Shown here piece by piece: positions 38,510 to 47,998 of a DNA stretch of 64,000 nucleotides; positions within the stretch are counted from its first letter, which is position 1; every line of letters begins with the position of its first letter. The position numbers and the translations under genes are program-made. The DNA is taken from NCBI GenBank assembly GCA_965220745.1, contig CBDCQT010000010.1, positions 544,001-608,000 on the forward strand. Reading direction: 5' to 3'. This DNA comes from Alphaproteobacteria bacterium. Its GTDB lineage: Bacteria; Pseudomonadota; Alphaproteobacteria; UBA828. Under the pieces are notes generated by a model that was given only the letters and a program-made list of their open reading frames with translations, did no database searches and had not been told where the DNA came from.

Positions 38510-39865
38510 TCAGCGCAGCGCGATCAGATCCGCTGCGTCGGTCAGGAGGAAGAGCGTCCGATCGGCGACCACGGGCGGCTCGCGAACGGCGCTCCCGACG
38601 TTGCGCCCGCCGAGAATGCGTCCGTCGTAGGGCGAGACTGCGAGAATCCTGCCGTCCGACCCTGCTGCGATGAGCCGATCGCCGACGAGGACCGGGCCGG
38701 ACCAGAAGATCGGGTCCTCACGCTCCTCCGGATCCTCGAAGCGCGGCAGCGACCTCACCCAGAGAATGGCGCCGCTCTCGCGCGCGACGCAGAGAAGCTC
38801 GCCGTCTGCGGTCAACACGAAGATGAAGTCGCCCGCGACCCAGGGCGTGTCGAGACCGGCGATGTCCCGCTCCCAGATGCGCCGGCCGCTGCGCTCATCG
38901 ATCGCGACCATGCGCCCGCCGTGGCCGATGGCGAACACCATACCGCGGTCGATCACGGGGTTGCCGTCGGTATCGTTGAACGTGGCGATGGCGCCGATAC
39001 GGACGCCCTGGACGGCGAGGATATCGGCCCAGACCGTGCGGCCGTTCTCGACCCGAAGCGCCGTCAACTCGCCGGACGAGAAGGGTGCCACGACGATGCC
39101 GCCATCCACTGCCGGGGCCGCGCCACCGAGAAAGCCCGCGCTCTCCGCGATCGCAGCATGGCTCCATTGCACGGCGCCGGTACGGGCATCCAGCACCCAC
39201 AAGCGATTGTCGTGGCTTATGGCGAAGACACGGCCGCCGGAGACCACGGGCGGAGTGCGCACGGGCACGCCGACCGACTGCTGCCATTGCAAAGCACCTG
39301 TCCCCGCATCCAGCGCGAGCAAATGGCCAAGCCCCGTCGTCGCGAACAGCCAGCCCCCTGCCACTGCAAGGCCGCCGCCGAATGCGCCCTCGTCATCGTC
39401 CTCCGGCAGCATGTCGGCGGCCCAGAGCCTCGCACCGGTATCGGCGTCGAAGGACGAGATCAGGCTCCTCGTGTCCATGGTAAAGACGCGCCCGGCGGCT
39501 ACGACCGGCGACGCGAGAGCGGGCCCGTCGTCGTCGGTGCCTCTGCCGATTCTGGCCCGCCAGCGCTCAGCGAGAACGTCTGCCGCAGCCAAGTGATGCA
39601 TGGCGTGGTGGGGGTAGCCGCCCGACTGGGGCCAGTCCTGGTTCACGTAGGGCGGCGGCAGGCGCACCGTCAGCGCGTCGGCGCCGGGGTCCGGTTCGAG
39701 TTGCCGTTCGAGGGAAATCACCGAAAATCGCTCGCCCGGCACCGGCGACGCCTCTTCGTCGCTAAACCATCCCGAGACGGTGTCGCAGCCGCCCAGGCCC
39801 AAGAGGAAGCAAAAGCCGAGCAGGGCAACGCTCCGCGCTATGCCCTTCGGTGCGGCGCGCCTCAT
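38510..39865 (-). CDS. bamB: PQQ-like beta-propeller lipoprotein (BamB)
   Basis: Lipobox LGGC, repeated LDA.TG...W; synteny yfgM-bamB-der. Confidence 0.82.
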   Translation of the reverse strand: MRRAAPKGIARSVALLGFCFLLGLGGCDTVSGWFSDEEASPVPGERFSVISLERQLEPDPGADALTVRLPPPYVNQDWPQSGGYPHHAMHHLAAADVLAERWRARIGRGTDDDGPALASPVVAAGRVFTMDTRSLISSFDADTGARLWAADMLPEDDDEGAFGGGLAVAGGWLFATTGLGHLLALDAGTGALQWQQSVGVPVRTPPVVSGGRVFAISHDNRLWVLDARTGAVQWSHAAIAESAGFLGGAAPAVDGGIVVAPFSSGELTALRVENGRTVWADILAVQGVRIGAIATFNDTDGNPVIDRGMVFAIGHGGRMVAIDERSGRRIWERDIAGLDTPWVAGDFIFVLTADGELLCVARESGAILWVRSLPRFEDPEEREDPIFWSGPVLVGDRLIAAGSDGRILAVSPYDGRILGGRNVGSAVREPPVVADRTLFLLTDAADLIALR

Positions 39866-40605
39866 TCCGCCGTGCTCCCGGCCGCCGCGTCGTCCGAGCC
39901 TCCGGCGTCGGCGTCGTCCCAGTCGGCCGACTGGGCGCCGCCCGCAAGCGCCGCCTCCAAATCGCCGCCAAGGCTCATCAACAACTCGGCCGCCCGCTGG
40001 CGCAAGCCCAGCGGCGCGGCCGGGTCGCTCACGAGTTCGGCGAAGAGCCCGCGCGCCGCCGCCTCGTTACCGGCGCGCAGCTCGGCGATGGCGGAAAGCT
40101 CCGTCGCCAGCGGCCGCCACGGCGAATGGCCCGCCAGCAGGGGCGCGAGCCGCTGGCTGACTTCTGTAGCGGATGCACGGTCGATCAGCCGTTGTGCGGC
40201 GAGCAGGGCGCCCAGGTCGCGATAGAGCGGGTCGAGGCGGGAGTCCGCGGCGATCTGGTCGTAGACGAAGATGGCGCCGCTGATATCCCCGCGCCCGGCA
40301 CGCGCATCGGCCTCCGCGAGCCGGGCGAGCGCCGCGTATCCGGTCTCTGAATCGGCAGCGAGCACCGCCAGTTGCTCGACGGCTTCCGCGCCGCGCCCGG
40401 ACTCGATCCCGGCCATAGCGGCTGCGAACTGCCGCCCCTCGGCCTCGCGGGTGCTGTCCCTGGCATCGGCGATCATCACAACTGCGACCGCGGCGCCGAG
40501 CGCTGCCACGCCCACCCCGAGCAGCCAGTAGCGCCACCGCCGCCACAGCTTGAGATAGCGTTCGTGCCGAAGGTCCTCATCGACCTCTCGGAAGATATCC
40601 GCCAC
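39862..40605 (-). CDS. YfgM-like membrane-anchored TPR protein
   Basis: MADIFREVDEDLR..LW..TM..GYAALARL. Confidence 0.88.
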   Translation of the reverse strand: MADIFREVDEDLRHERYLKLWRRWRYWLLGVGVAALGAAVAVVMIADARDSTREAEGRQFAAAMAGIESGRGAEAVEQLAVLAADSETGYAALARLAEADARAGRGDISGAIFVYDQIAADSRLDPLYRDLGALLAAQRLIDRASATEVSQRLAPLLAGHSPWRPLATELSAIAELRAGNEAAARGLFAELVSDPAAPLGLRQRAAELLMSLGGDLEAALAGGAQSADWDDADAGGSDDAAAGSTAE

Positions 40606-40659
40606 GCGCGTGCCTCCGTCAGCGCCGCTCAGCCTGCCCGCGAAGCCCGGGAGACCGGC

Positions 40660-41217
40660 TCAAGCGGCTTCGCGCCACTTGATCGAGCAGCCCATGGACG
40701 GCAACTGCTCCTCGGGCCCGCGCCCGGTCTCGGCAACCTGGATCATGGCCTCGAGGAGCTCCCGGCGCGCATCCGGCACCGGCTCCATCCGCGAGGCGTC
40801 GAGCCGGCCCCGGTATTGCAGGCCGAGGCCACGGTCGAAGCCGAAGAAGTCCGGCGTGCACGCCGCATCATAAGCGCGCGCAACTTCCTGAGTCGGGTCG
40901 ATGAGGTAAGGAAAGCCGAACCCATGCTGGGCACCGAACAGCTTCATGTTCTCGAACGAATCGGCGGGATAGGCCTCGGTGTCGTTCGGCATGATGGCGA
41001 CCGCGCCGATCCCGTGGCTCTTGAGTGCGTTCACGTCCCCCACGATCCGGTCGATGACGGCCTTCACGAATGGACAATGGTTGCAGAGGAACATCACCAG
41101 CGTGCCGCGCTCGCCGGCGCAGTCCGCCAGCGTATAGGTCTTGCCGTCGGTCCCCTCCAGCCGAAAGTCCACGGCCTTCCAGCCGAAATCGCAGACGGGT
41201 GTGGTCATCGCCGCCAT
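40660..41217 (-). CDS. Thioredoxin-like AhpC/TSA family protein
   Basis: MFLCNHCPFV, FPYLID.TQEVA, ACTPDFF, YRGRLD, SMGCSIKW. Confidence 0.92.
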   Translation of the reverse strand: MAAMTTPVCDFGWKAVDFRLEGTDGKTYTLADCAGERGTLVMFLCNHCPFVKAVIDRIVGDVNALKSHGIGAVAIMPNDTEAYPADSFENMKLFGAQHGFGFPYLIDPTQEVARAYDAACTPDFFGFDRGLGLQYRGRLDASRMEPVPDARRELLEAMIQVAETGRGPEEQLPSMGCSIKWREAA

Positions 41218-41365
41218 GGGCGTGGTCTCCCTAACCGTGCGGGTTCAACGCGTAATCGTGAGTCGAGAACGATGGTGTAGAATCACAAGCATAGCTCAAA
41301 AACGCAACGAAGTGGGCGACATGATGGCGGCGTTGCGGGCGTGAGCGAGAACGGGGGCAACGACG

Positions 41366-41719
41366 ATGAGCAAGCGGTTCCGTCGGTATCGAGCCTTCTG
41401 GCCCTACTATGTGTCCGAGCACAGCCGGCCCGGAACCCGCCGGATGCACTTCGTCGGCACCACGGGCTCCGTCGCCTTGGTCGTCGTCGCCGGCGTGTTG
41501 GGAGAGCCCCTGTTGCTAATTGCCGCGCTTGTCTGCGGCTATTTCTTTGCCTGGCTCAGCCACCTGTTGATCGAGCGCAACCGGCCGGCGACGTTCACCT
41601 ATCCGCTGTTCAGCCTGGCCGGCGACTTTCACATGTGGGCGCTGATGTGGCAGGGCCGCATGGACGCCGAAGTCGAGCGGCTGTCCTCCTCAGCCAAACC
41701 AGACCAGTCGGCATCGTAG
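41366..41719 (+). CDS. DUF962 / Mpo1-like membrane protein
   Basis: FWPYYVSEH, MHFVGT, AWLSH..ERNRPATFTYP..SLAGDF. Confidence 0.85.
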   Translation: MSKRFRRYRAFWPYYVSEHSRPGTRRMHFVGTTGSVALVVVAGVLGEPLLLIAALVCGYFFAWLSHLLIERNRPATFTYPLFSLAGDFHMWALMWQGRMDAEVERLSSSAKPDQSAS

Positions 41720-41752
41720 CGACGCCGGCGGCGAGGCCCCGTCGGGGATGGA

Positions 41753-42214
41753 TCAGGCCGCGTCAGAGCGGGGCCTGACGGCCACGTAAGCCCTGCGGTA
41801 GTGCTCCAGGCAGTAGGGCTTGCCGAGCAGCGCAAGCTCGCCGCAAAAGTGGAAGCTGGGCTCGTCCGGATGGCCGATCGGCCATTTGCACGCCGAACTG
41901 CCGACGGCGAGAGGCGGCTCCGGCGCTCGCGATCTTGCCGGCACCACGATCCCAGACTGCGCCGTTGCCGACTTGCGCCCGTTCGTGCCATGCACACCGT
42001 TTGCACCATTCACGCCATTCTTGGCCCTCGGCGTGCGCGAATAACTCTTTCCGCGCCGGATCGGCGACGGGCGCGGCGGCAGTTGCAGGCGATGCGCCTT
42101 GCCGACGACGGCATTCTTTGACATGCCGACCGCACGCCCGATCTCGGCGGTCGTGAGTCCTTCGTTCCACAGCCGGGTCACGGTGGCGACCCGCTCCGGC
42201 GTCCAGGCTGTCAT
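41753..42214 (-). CDS. gcrA: Cell-cycle regulator GcrA
   Basis: WTPERV..LWNEGLTTAEIG..SKNAVVGKAHRL; CKWPIGHP..FHFCG..PYCLEH..AY. Confidence 0.92.
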   Translation of the reverse strand: MTAWTPERVATVTRLWNEGLTTAEIGRAVGMSKNAVVGKAHRLQLPPRPSPIRRGKSYSRTPRAKNGVNGANGVHGTNGRKSATAQSGIVVPARSRAPEPPLAVGSSACKWPIGHPDEPSFHFCGELALLGKPYCLEHYRRAYVAVRPRSDAA

Positions 42215-42247
42215 AACCGTCCCTCCGTGCGGTGCCGGGCTTGCACC

Positions 42248-42334
42248 GGTCCAAATATTGTCGCGCTGTGCCCTAAACTCCCAATATACAGTACCCCATA
42301 CAAAATGCAAGGCCGAGTGGCCCATATGTAGGTG
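42248..42334 (-). promoter_or_regulatory. gcrA promoter with three NrdR-box-like sites
   Basis: Minus strand TTGCAT(42310-42305)-16 nt-TATATT(42288-42283); cores CCAAATATTG (42251), CAATATACAG (42282), CCATATGTAG (42322). Confidence 0.55.
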
Positions 42335-42547
42335 CGGGGACCCGCTCGGGGATCGAGCGCGCAAGTGCGCCAAGTCTTGCACGACCACCCGAACTTGGGC
42401 TAAGTCTCGGATTAGGGAGGAAAAATAAGAAGGGTGGACCCGCAGTTGGGAGGATGGCGATGACATGGGCGGTGGCTTCCGGTCGTGCGTCGCGCGCTTG
42501 GCTGGGGCGGAGAGTCCAGCGGGGCGCGGGCTGAGGCGAGGGTCGCC

Positions 42548-43243
42548 TTGAGCCTGTTTCGCCGACGCAAGAAGCTGAGCCGATGGGCCCGCGTGCGGCG
42601 GTTCGTGTGGCCCAACATGAACTGGGGCCGGGTTCTCCGATACTGGACCTTCAAGCTCAAGCGCCTGCAAGGCTCGCCCTACGCCATCGCGTGCGGCTTC
42701 GCGTGCGGCGCGGCGGTCTCGTTCACGCCTTTGATTGGATTCCACTTCATTCTCGCCGCAGTGCTCGCCTGGGCGCTGCGCGGCAACATCATCGCGTCGG
42801 CGATCGGCACCGCGGTCGGCAATCCGTGGACCTTCCCGTTCATCTGGGCGGGGATCATCTGGCTTGGAACCAAGATCCTGGGCTACGAGCGCGGGCAGGA
42901 GCTGCCCGCGGATCTCACCATCGGCACCATCTTCGAGGAACCGGGCACGGTGCTGCTGCCCATGCTGGTTGGCGGCCTGCCGACGGCGCTGGTGGTGTGG
43001 GTTGTTTTCTACTTCCCGATCCGGCGGGTGGTGGGCAACTACCAGCACCACCGCCAAACCAGGCGCCTGCGGCGCAGGCGCATACTCGACGAGGAGCGCC
43101 GCGCCAAACTGGACCCCGCACGGCAGGCGGATGACGAGATCTCCATCCCCGATGCAGCCCCTGAGCCCGCCCAGGGAGACGCCCAGCCGGCCGCCGCGAA
43201 CGTGACCCATCTCGACCAGGTGCTGGTGGACCGCGGCCGCTGA
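42548..43243 (+). CDS. DUF2062 domain membrane protein (start approximate)
   Basis: [28 protein letters not shown]; usual neighbour of acpS. Confidence 0.85.
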   Translation: MSLFRRRKKLSRWARVRRFVWPNMNWGRVLRYWTFKLKRLQGSPYAIACGFACGAAVSFTPLIGFHFILAAVLAWALRGNIIASAIGTAVGNPWTFPFIWAGIIWLGTKILGYERGQELPADLTIGTIFEEPGTVLLPMLVGGLPTALVVWVVFYFPIRRVVGNYQHHRQTRRLRRRRILDEERRAKLDPARQADDEISIPDAAPEPAQGDAQPAAANVTHLDQVLVDRGR

Positions 43244-43289
43244 TGGGGCGCGTGCCGTGAGCGCCGTTGCCGAGCCGCCGGCCTGGCCC

Positions 43290-43694
43290 ATGATTGTCGG
43301 CCTCGGCGCCGACATCGTCGACATCCGGCGGATCGCGGGCACGCTCGACCGCTTCGGCGCGCGCTTCACCCACCGCGTTTTCACCGCAGTCGAACGCGCA
43401 CGTGCCGAGCGCCGGCTGAGGCCGGAGGAAACCTACGCCCGTCGCTTCGCCGCCAAGGAGGCCTGCGCGAAGGCGCTGGGCACCGGGCTCCGCCAAGGTG
43501 TTTTTTGGCGCGACATGGCGGTGGTCAACCTGCCCAGCGGCCAGCCGACCATCGAGCTCAGCGGCGGCGCGCTCAGGCGCTTGCAATCGCTCACGCCTTC
43601 GGGCATGAGGTGCCGGATCGACGTGACCATGACCGATGAGCCACCCATCGCCCAGGCCATCGTGGTGATTACGGCAATCCCTGCAACCGACTGA
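43290..43694 (+). CDS. acpS: Holo-ACP synthase
   Basis: [34 protein letters not shown] (alternative GTG start at 43257). Confidence 0.95.
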   Translation: MIVGLGADIVDIRRIAGTLDRFGARFTHRVFTAVERARAERRLRPEETYARRFAAKEACAKALGTGLRQGVFWRDMAVVNLPSGQPTIELSGGALRRLQSLTPSGMRCRIDVTMTDEPPIAQAIVVITAIPATD

Positions 43695-43753
43695 CGGCAA
43701 CGAGGGCAGCGGGCGGCCCGGGCCGCGAACAGCTGGAACCGAACCGACCGCAC

Positions 43754-44521
43754 ATGGCGCGCGCCAAATCTCAAGACAAGGGCTCAGCCAAGCGCAGATT
43801 CAGCGGTTTCTGGGACACGATCCGGACCCTGATCTACGCGGTTCTTGCCGCGCTGATCGTCCGCACCGTCGCCATCGAGCCCTTCAACATCCCCTCGGGC
43901 TCGATGATCCCGACCCTGCTTGTCGGCGATTACCTGTTCGTGTCGAAATACGCCTACGGCTACAGCACGTACTCCCTGCCCTGGGGCGTCGATATCTTCG
44001 ACGGCCGCATCATCGACAGCCCGCCCGATCGGGGCGATGTCGCAGTCTTCAAGCTGCCCCGCGACAACGAGACCGACTACATCAAGCGCATCATCGGGCT
44101 TCCCGGCGACCGCATCCAGGTGCTCAAGGGCGTGCTCCACATCAACGGGACGCCCGTGAAGCGCGAACGCGTGGACGACTACAGCTACACGGACCGCTAC
44201 GGCCGGGAACGCGTCCTGCGCCAGTATCGCGAGACGCTGCCGAACGGCGTGAGCTACATGACCCTCGACGCGACGCCCACCGGCGGCCTCGACAACACGC
44301 AGATCTATACCGTGCCCGCCGATCACTACTTCGCCATGGGCGACAACCGGGACAACTCGCTCGACAGCCGTGTGCCCTCGGTCGGGTTCATCCCGTCCGA
44401 AAACCTCGTGGGCCGGGCCGAGTTCATCTTCCATTCGCTGGAAGATGGAACCAGCATCGGGGAGGTCTGGAACTGGCCGAGCGCGACACGCAGCGATCGG
44501 GTCTTCAAGGCGATCGACTAG
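43754..44521 (+). CDS. lepB: Signal peptidase I
   Basis: PFNIPSGSMIPTLLVGD, DYIKRIIGLPGD, MGDNRDNSLDSR. Confidence 0.97.
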   Translation: MARAKSQDKGSAKRRFSGFWDTIRTLIYAVLAALIVRTVAIEPFNIPSGSMIPTLLVGDYLFVSKYAYGYSTYSLPWGVDIFDGRIIDSPPDRGDVAVFKLPRDNETDYIKRIIGLPGDRIQVLKGVLHINGTPVKRERVDDYSYTDRYGRERVLRQYRETLPNGVSYMTLDATPTGGLDNTQIYTVPADHYFAMGDNRDNSLDSRVPSVGFIPSENLVGRAEFIFHSLEDGTSIGEVWNWPSATRSDRVFKAID

Positions 44522-45258
44522 CGCCCAGAGGCGCAGCAGAGCCGCCGCCGGAGCCGGCGGCAGACGACGCCGCAGCGGCCGGCTCGCTCGAAGAGGCTCT
44601 CGGCCACCGCTTCGCGCGACCGGCGCTGCTCGCTCTCGCGCTGCGCCATCCGAGCGCCGGCACGCAGGCTGGCAGCAACCAGCGCCTCGAGTTCCTGGGT
44701 GACCGCGTGCTCGGCATGGTCGTGGCCGCGATGCTCTACGAGGCGTTCCCGCACGAGGCCGAGGGCGCCCTCTCGCAGCGTTATTCGGCGCTCGTCCGCC
44801 GCGAGGCGTTGGAGGGCGTGGCCCGCAGCCTCGCGCTCGGCGACCAGCTCACCCTGAGCCGCAGCGAGGGCGCCGGCGGCGGGCGCGACAATCCGGCCAA
44901 TCTGGCGGATGCCTGCGAGGCGGTCATCGGCGCGCTTTACGTGGACGGCGGTCTGCAAGCTGCCGAGCGCTTCATCCGCCGTCACTGGTCGCCGGCGATG
45001 AACGCCGACCCCGAACCGCCGCGCGATCCCAAGACCCGGCTTCAGGAGTGGACGCAATCGCGGGCGCTCGGGCTGCCGGTCTACCGCACTCTGTCCTCCA
45101 CCGGCCCCGCCCACGCCCCGCTTTTCGAGGTCGAGGCGGAGGTTGCCGGGCTCGGCAAGGCGGTCGCCACCGGAGCCACCAAGCGCGCGGCAGAGCAAGG
45201 CGCCGCCGGCGCGTTACTCGCGCGCATCGCCGATAGCGGGAGTGACGGCGATGGCTGA
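44473..45258 (+). CDS. rnc: Ribonuclease III (start uncertain; putative CTG at 44473)
   Basis: LEEALGHRF..LALRHPS..NQRLEFLGDRVLG, LADACEAVIGALYVDGG, DPKTRLQE dsRBD. Confidence 0.9.
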   Translation: MAERDTQRSGLQGDRLAPRGAAEPPPEPAADDAAAAGSLEEALGHRFARPALLALALRHPSAGTQAGSNQRLEFLGDRVLGMVVAAMLYEAFPHEAEGALSQRYSALVRREALEGVARSLALGDQLTLSRSEGAGGGRDNPANLADACEAVIGALYVDGGLQAAERFIRRHWSPAMNADPEPPRDPKTRLQEWTQSRALGLPVYRTLSSTGPAHAPLFEVEAEVAGLGKAVATGATKRAAEQGAAGALLARIADSGSDGDG

Positions 45259-46153
45259 GTGCGGCACCCGCGCGGGCTTCGTCGCCGTGCTGGGGGCACC
45301 CAATGTCGGCAAGTCGACACTGGTCAACCGGCTGGTGGGCGCCAAGGTCGCCATCGTCTCGCCCAAGGTACAGACCACGCGCAGCCGGCTGCGCGGCATC
45401 CGCGTGATCGACGACGTCCAGCTCGTCTTCGTCGACACGCCCGGAATCTTTGCTGCCAAACACCGCTTCGAACGCGCGATGGTCCACGCCGCCTGGAGCG
45501 GCGCACACGACGCCGATGCCATCCTGCTGCTGGTGGACGCGCGTCGTGGGCTGACGGGCGAGACCAGGGCGATCATCGACCGGCTCAAGGAGACCGGGCG
45601 CGAGACCCTGGTGGCGCTCAACAAGATCGACCTGGTGCCGCGCCACGTCTTGCTGCCACTCGCGGCGGGGGTCGAGGAAACCGGGCTCGCGGCCGAGATC
45701 TTCATGGTCTCGGCGCTCGACGGCGACGGGGTCGACGACCTGCAGGATGTGCTCAAGGCGCGGATGCCGTCGGGGCCCTGGCTCTACCCGGAAGACCAGC
45801 TCACCGACATATCGGAGCGCCTGCTGGCGGCTGAGATCACGCGCGAGCAGCTCTTCCTGCAGCTGCGCCAGGAGCTGCCCTATGCCGTCGCGGTCGAGAC
45901 CGAAGGCTGGACCAGTGCCCGCAACGGAGGCGCACGGGTCGAGCAAGTGATTTACGTGCAGCGGGAGACGCACAAGGGCATCGTCCTCGGCAGGGGCGGG
46001 CAGCGGATCAAGGCGATCGGCACGGCGGCGCGCGCCGAGCTTTCCGATATTCTCGGCCGCCCGATCGACCTCAAGCTCTTCGTGAAGGTGAGGCAGCGCT
46101 GGCTCGAGGACCCCGAGCGCTACCGTGACATCGGGCTCGAATACGACGTCTGA
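45251..46153 (+). CDS. era: GTPase Era
   Basis: GAPNVGKSTL, KVQTTR, DTPG, NKID, AEITRE, KH domain. Confidence 0.97.
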   Translation: MAECGTRAGFVAVLGAPNVGKSTLVNRLVGAKVAIVSPKVQTTRSRLRGIRVIDDVQLVFVDTPGIFAAKHRFERAMVHAAWSGAHDADAILLLVDARRGLTGETRAIIDRLKETGRETLVALNKIDLVPRHVLLPLAAGVEETGLAAEIFMVSALDGDGVDDLQDVLKARMPSGPWLYPEDQLTDISERLLAAEITREQLFLQLRQELPYAVAVETEGWTSARNGGARVEQVIYVQRETHKGIVLGRGGQRIKAIGTAARAELSDILGRPIDLKLFVKVRQRWLEDPERYRDIGLEYDV

Positions 46154-46243
46154 CGGCGCGATCAAGAGTTCCACGCCTCCCTTAATTGCGCCGCGCTCCT
46201 GTGCCACAGTGCCGCCCGCACTCCTTGACAGGGAGGGTGCGAA

Positions 46244-47998
46244 ATGACGACAGGCGGCTCCGAGCGGCCGGGCGGCGTTCGCTACGAGCCCGACGAACGA
46301 CCGCCCATTGCGCTCAGCTGCGGCCTCGGCCTGCAGCTCGCCGTCCTTTGCATCGCTGGCGTCGCGCTGACGCCTGCGATCGTGGTCCGCGCCGCCGGCG
46401 GGGCGGAATCTTATCTGACGTGGGCGGTCTTCGGCGCCGTCCTGGTCAGCGGCATCACCTCGGTGTTGCAGGCGGTCCGCGTGGGGCGGATCGGTGCCGG
46501 CTACGTCCTTGTCATGGGCACCTCCGGGGCCTTCATCGCGATCTGCGTCGGCGCGATCGCCCAGGGCGGCCCGGCGATGCTGGCGACGCTGGTGGTAATC
46601 TCCGCCCTCTTCCAATTCCTGCTCGCGTGGCGGCTCTCGCTGCTCCGGCGGATTCTGACGCCCACCGTCTCGGGCACGGTCATCATGCTGATCCCCGTCA
46701 CGGTGATGCCGATCGTCTTCGGCATGTTGGGTCAGGTTCCAGAGGGCACGTCGGAGCTCGGCGCGCCGCTCGCGGCGCTCGTGACCGTGCTCGTTCTGTG
46801 CGGCATCTCGCTGAAAGCCACGGGCGCGCTCAGACTCTGGGCGCCGGTCATCGGCATCGTCGCCGGCTGCGGCGTTGCCGGGTATTTCGGCTTCTACAAC
46901 GTCGCCGGCATCGCAGCAGCATCGTGGGTGGGTGTGCCATCGGGCGGATGGCCGGGCTTCGATATCGACTTTGGGCCGGTCTTCTGGGGGCTCCTGCCGG
47001 CCTTCGTCTTCGTGACCCTGGTCGGCGCCGTCGAAACGGTGGGCGACGGTATCGCCATCCAGCGGGTCTCCTGGCGCAAGCCGCGCGCGGTGAATTTTCG
47101 GGCGGTGCAAGGAGCGGTAGGCGCGGATGGTGTGGGCAACCTACTCTCCGGCCTGATGGGGACCGTGCCCAACACAACCTATTCCACGAGCATATCCGTG
47201 ACCGCGCTCACGGGCGTAGGCGCTCGCAGCGTGGGCGTCGCACTCGGGATCGCGTTCGTCGTGGTGGCGTTCATTCCAAAGGCACTCGCCGTTGTGCTGG
47301 CGATACCGGGGCCGGTTGCGGCGGCCTACATCACGGTTCTGCTGGGGCTGCTCTTCGTCGTCGGCATGCGGATCGTCATCCAGGACGGGGTGGACTATCG
47401 CAAGGGCCTGATCGCAGGGGTGTCCTTCTGGATCGGGGTCGGTTTCCAGAACGGCGTGATCTTTCCAGAGCATGTCTCGGGCATCGCTGGCGGGCTCCTG
47501 GAGAACGGCATGACGGCCGGCGGGATGACGGCGATTCTGCTCACGCTCTTCGTGGAGTTGGCGGCACCCCGCCGGCGCCGCATCCAGGCGCCGTTCGAGG
47601 TCGCTTCGCTGCCGAAGATCAGGGAGTTTCTCCAATCCTTCGCGTCACGCAGCGGCTGGGGCGAAGCGATGGCGTACCGTCTGGACGCGGCAGCGGAGGA
47701 GGCGATTCTGACGCTGCTGCGGCACGACGAGGAGGAAGAGGCGGAAGGCGCGCCTCACCGAAAGCGCCGCCTGCTGCTCACCGCCCACAAGGAGGGCGGC
47801 GCTGCGGTGCTGGAATTCATCGCCGCCCCTGGCGAGGAGAACCTGGAGGACCGCATCGCGCTCATGGGCGAGGCGTCCGAGGATGCGCCCGAGCGGGAGG
47901 TGTCGCTACGGCTGCTGCGCCACCTCGCCTCCTCTGTCCACCACCAGCAGTATCACGACACGGACATCGTTACGATCCGCGTGGAGGCGCGTAGGTAA
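46244..47998 (+). CDS. NCS2 (xanthine/uracil/ascorbate) permease fused to a C-terminal degenerate HATPase-like domain
   Basis: RYEPDERPP..GLQ, TPTVSGTVI, ETVGD, ADG.GN, PNTTYS; soluble tail of about 140 aa. Confidence 0.85.
   Translation: MTTGGSERPGGVRYEPDERPPIALSCGLGLQLAVLCIAGVALTPAIVVRAAGGAESYLTWAVFGAVLVSGITSVLQAVRVGRIGAGYVLVMGTSGAFIAICVGAIAQGGPAMLATLVVISALFQFLLAWRLSLLRRILTPTVSGTVIMLIPVTVMPIVFGMLGQVPEGTSELGAPLAALVTVLVLCGISLKATGALRLWAPVIGIVAGCGVAGYFGFYNVAGIAAASWVGVPSGGWPGFDIDFGPVFWGLLPAFVFVTLVGAVETVGDGIAIQRVSWRKPRAVNFRAVQGAVGADGVGNLLSGLMGTVPNTTYSTSISVTALTGVGARSVGVALGIAFVVVAFIPKALAVVLAIPGPVAAAYITVLLGLLFVVGMRIVIQDGVDYRKGLIAGVSFWIGVGFQNGVIFPEHVSGIAGGLLENGMTAGGMTAILLTLFVELAAPRRRRIQAPFEVASLPKIREFLQSFASRSGWGEAMAYRLDAAAEEAILTLLRHDEEEEAEGAPHRKRRLLLTAHKEGGAAVLEFIAAPGEENLEDRIALMGEASEDAPEREVSLRLLRHLASSVHHQQYHDTDIVTIRVEARR

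Noticed and set aside
41753-43384. 543-aa track ORF suggesting a giant GcrA fusion
   Set aside because: Only the last 153 aa resemble GcrA; the rest is antisense to DUF2062/acpS and crosses the promoter region
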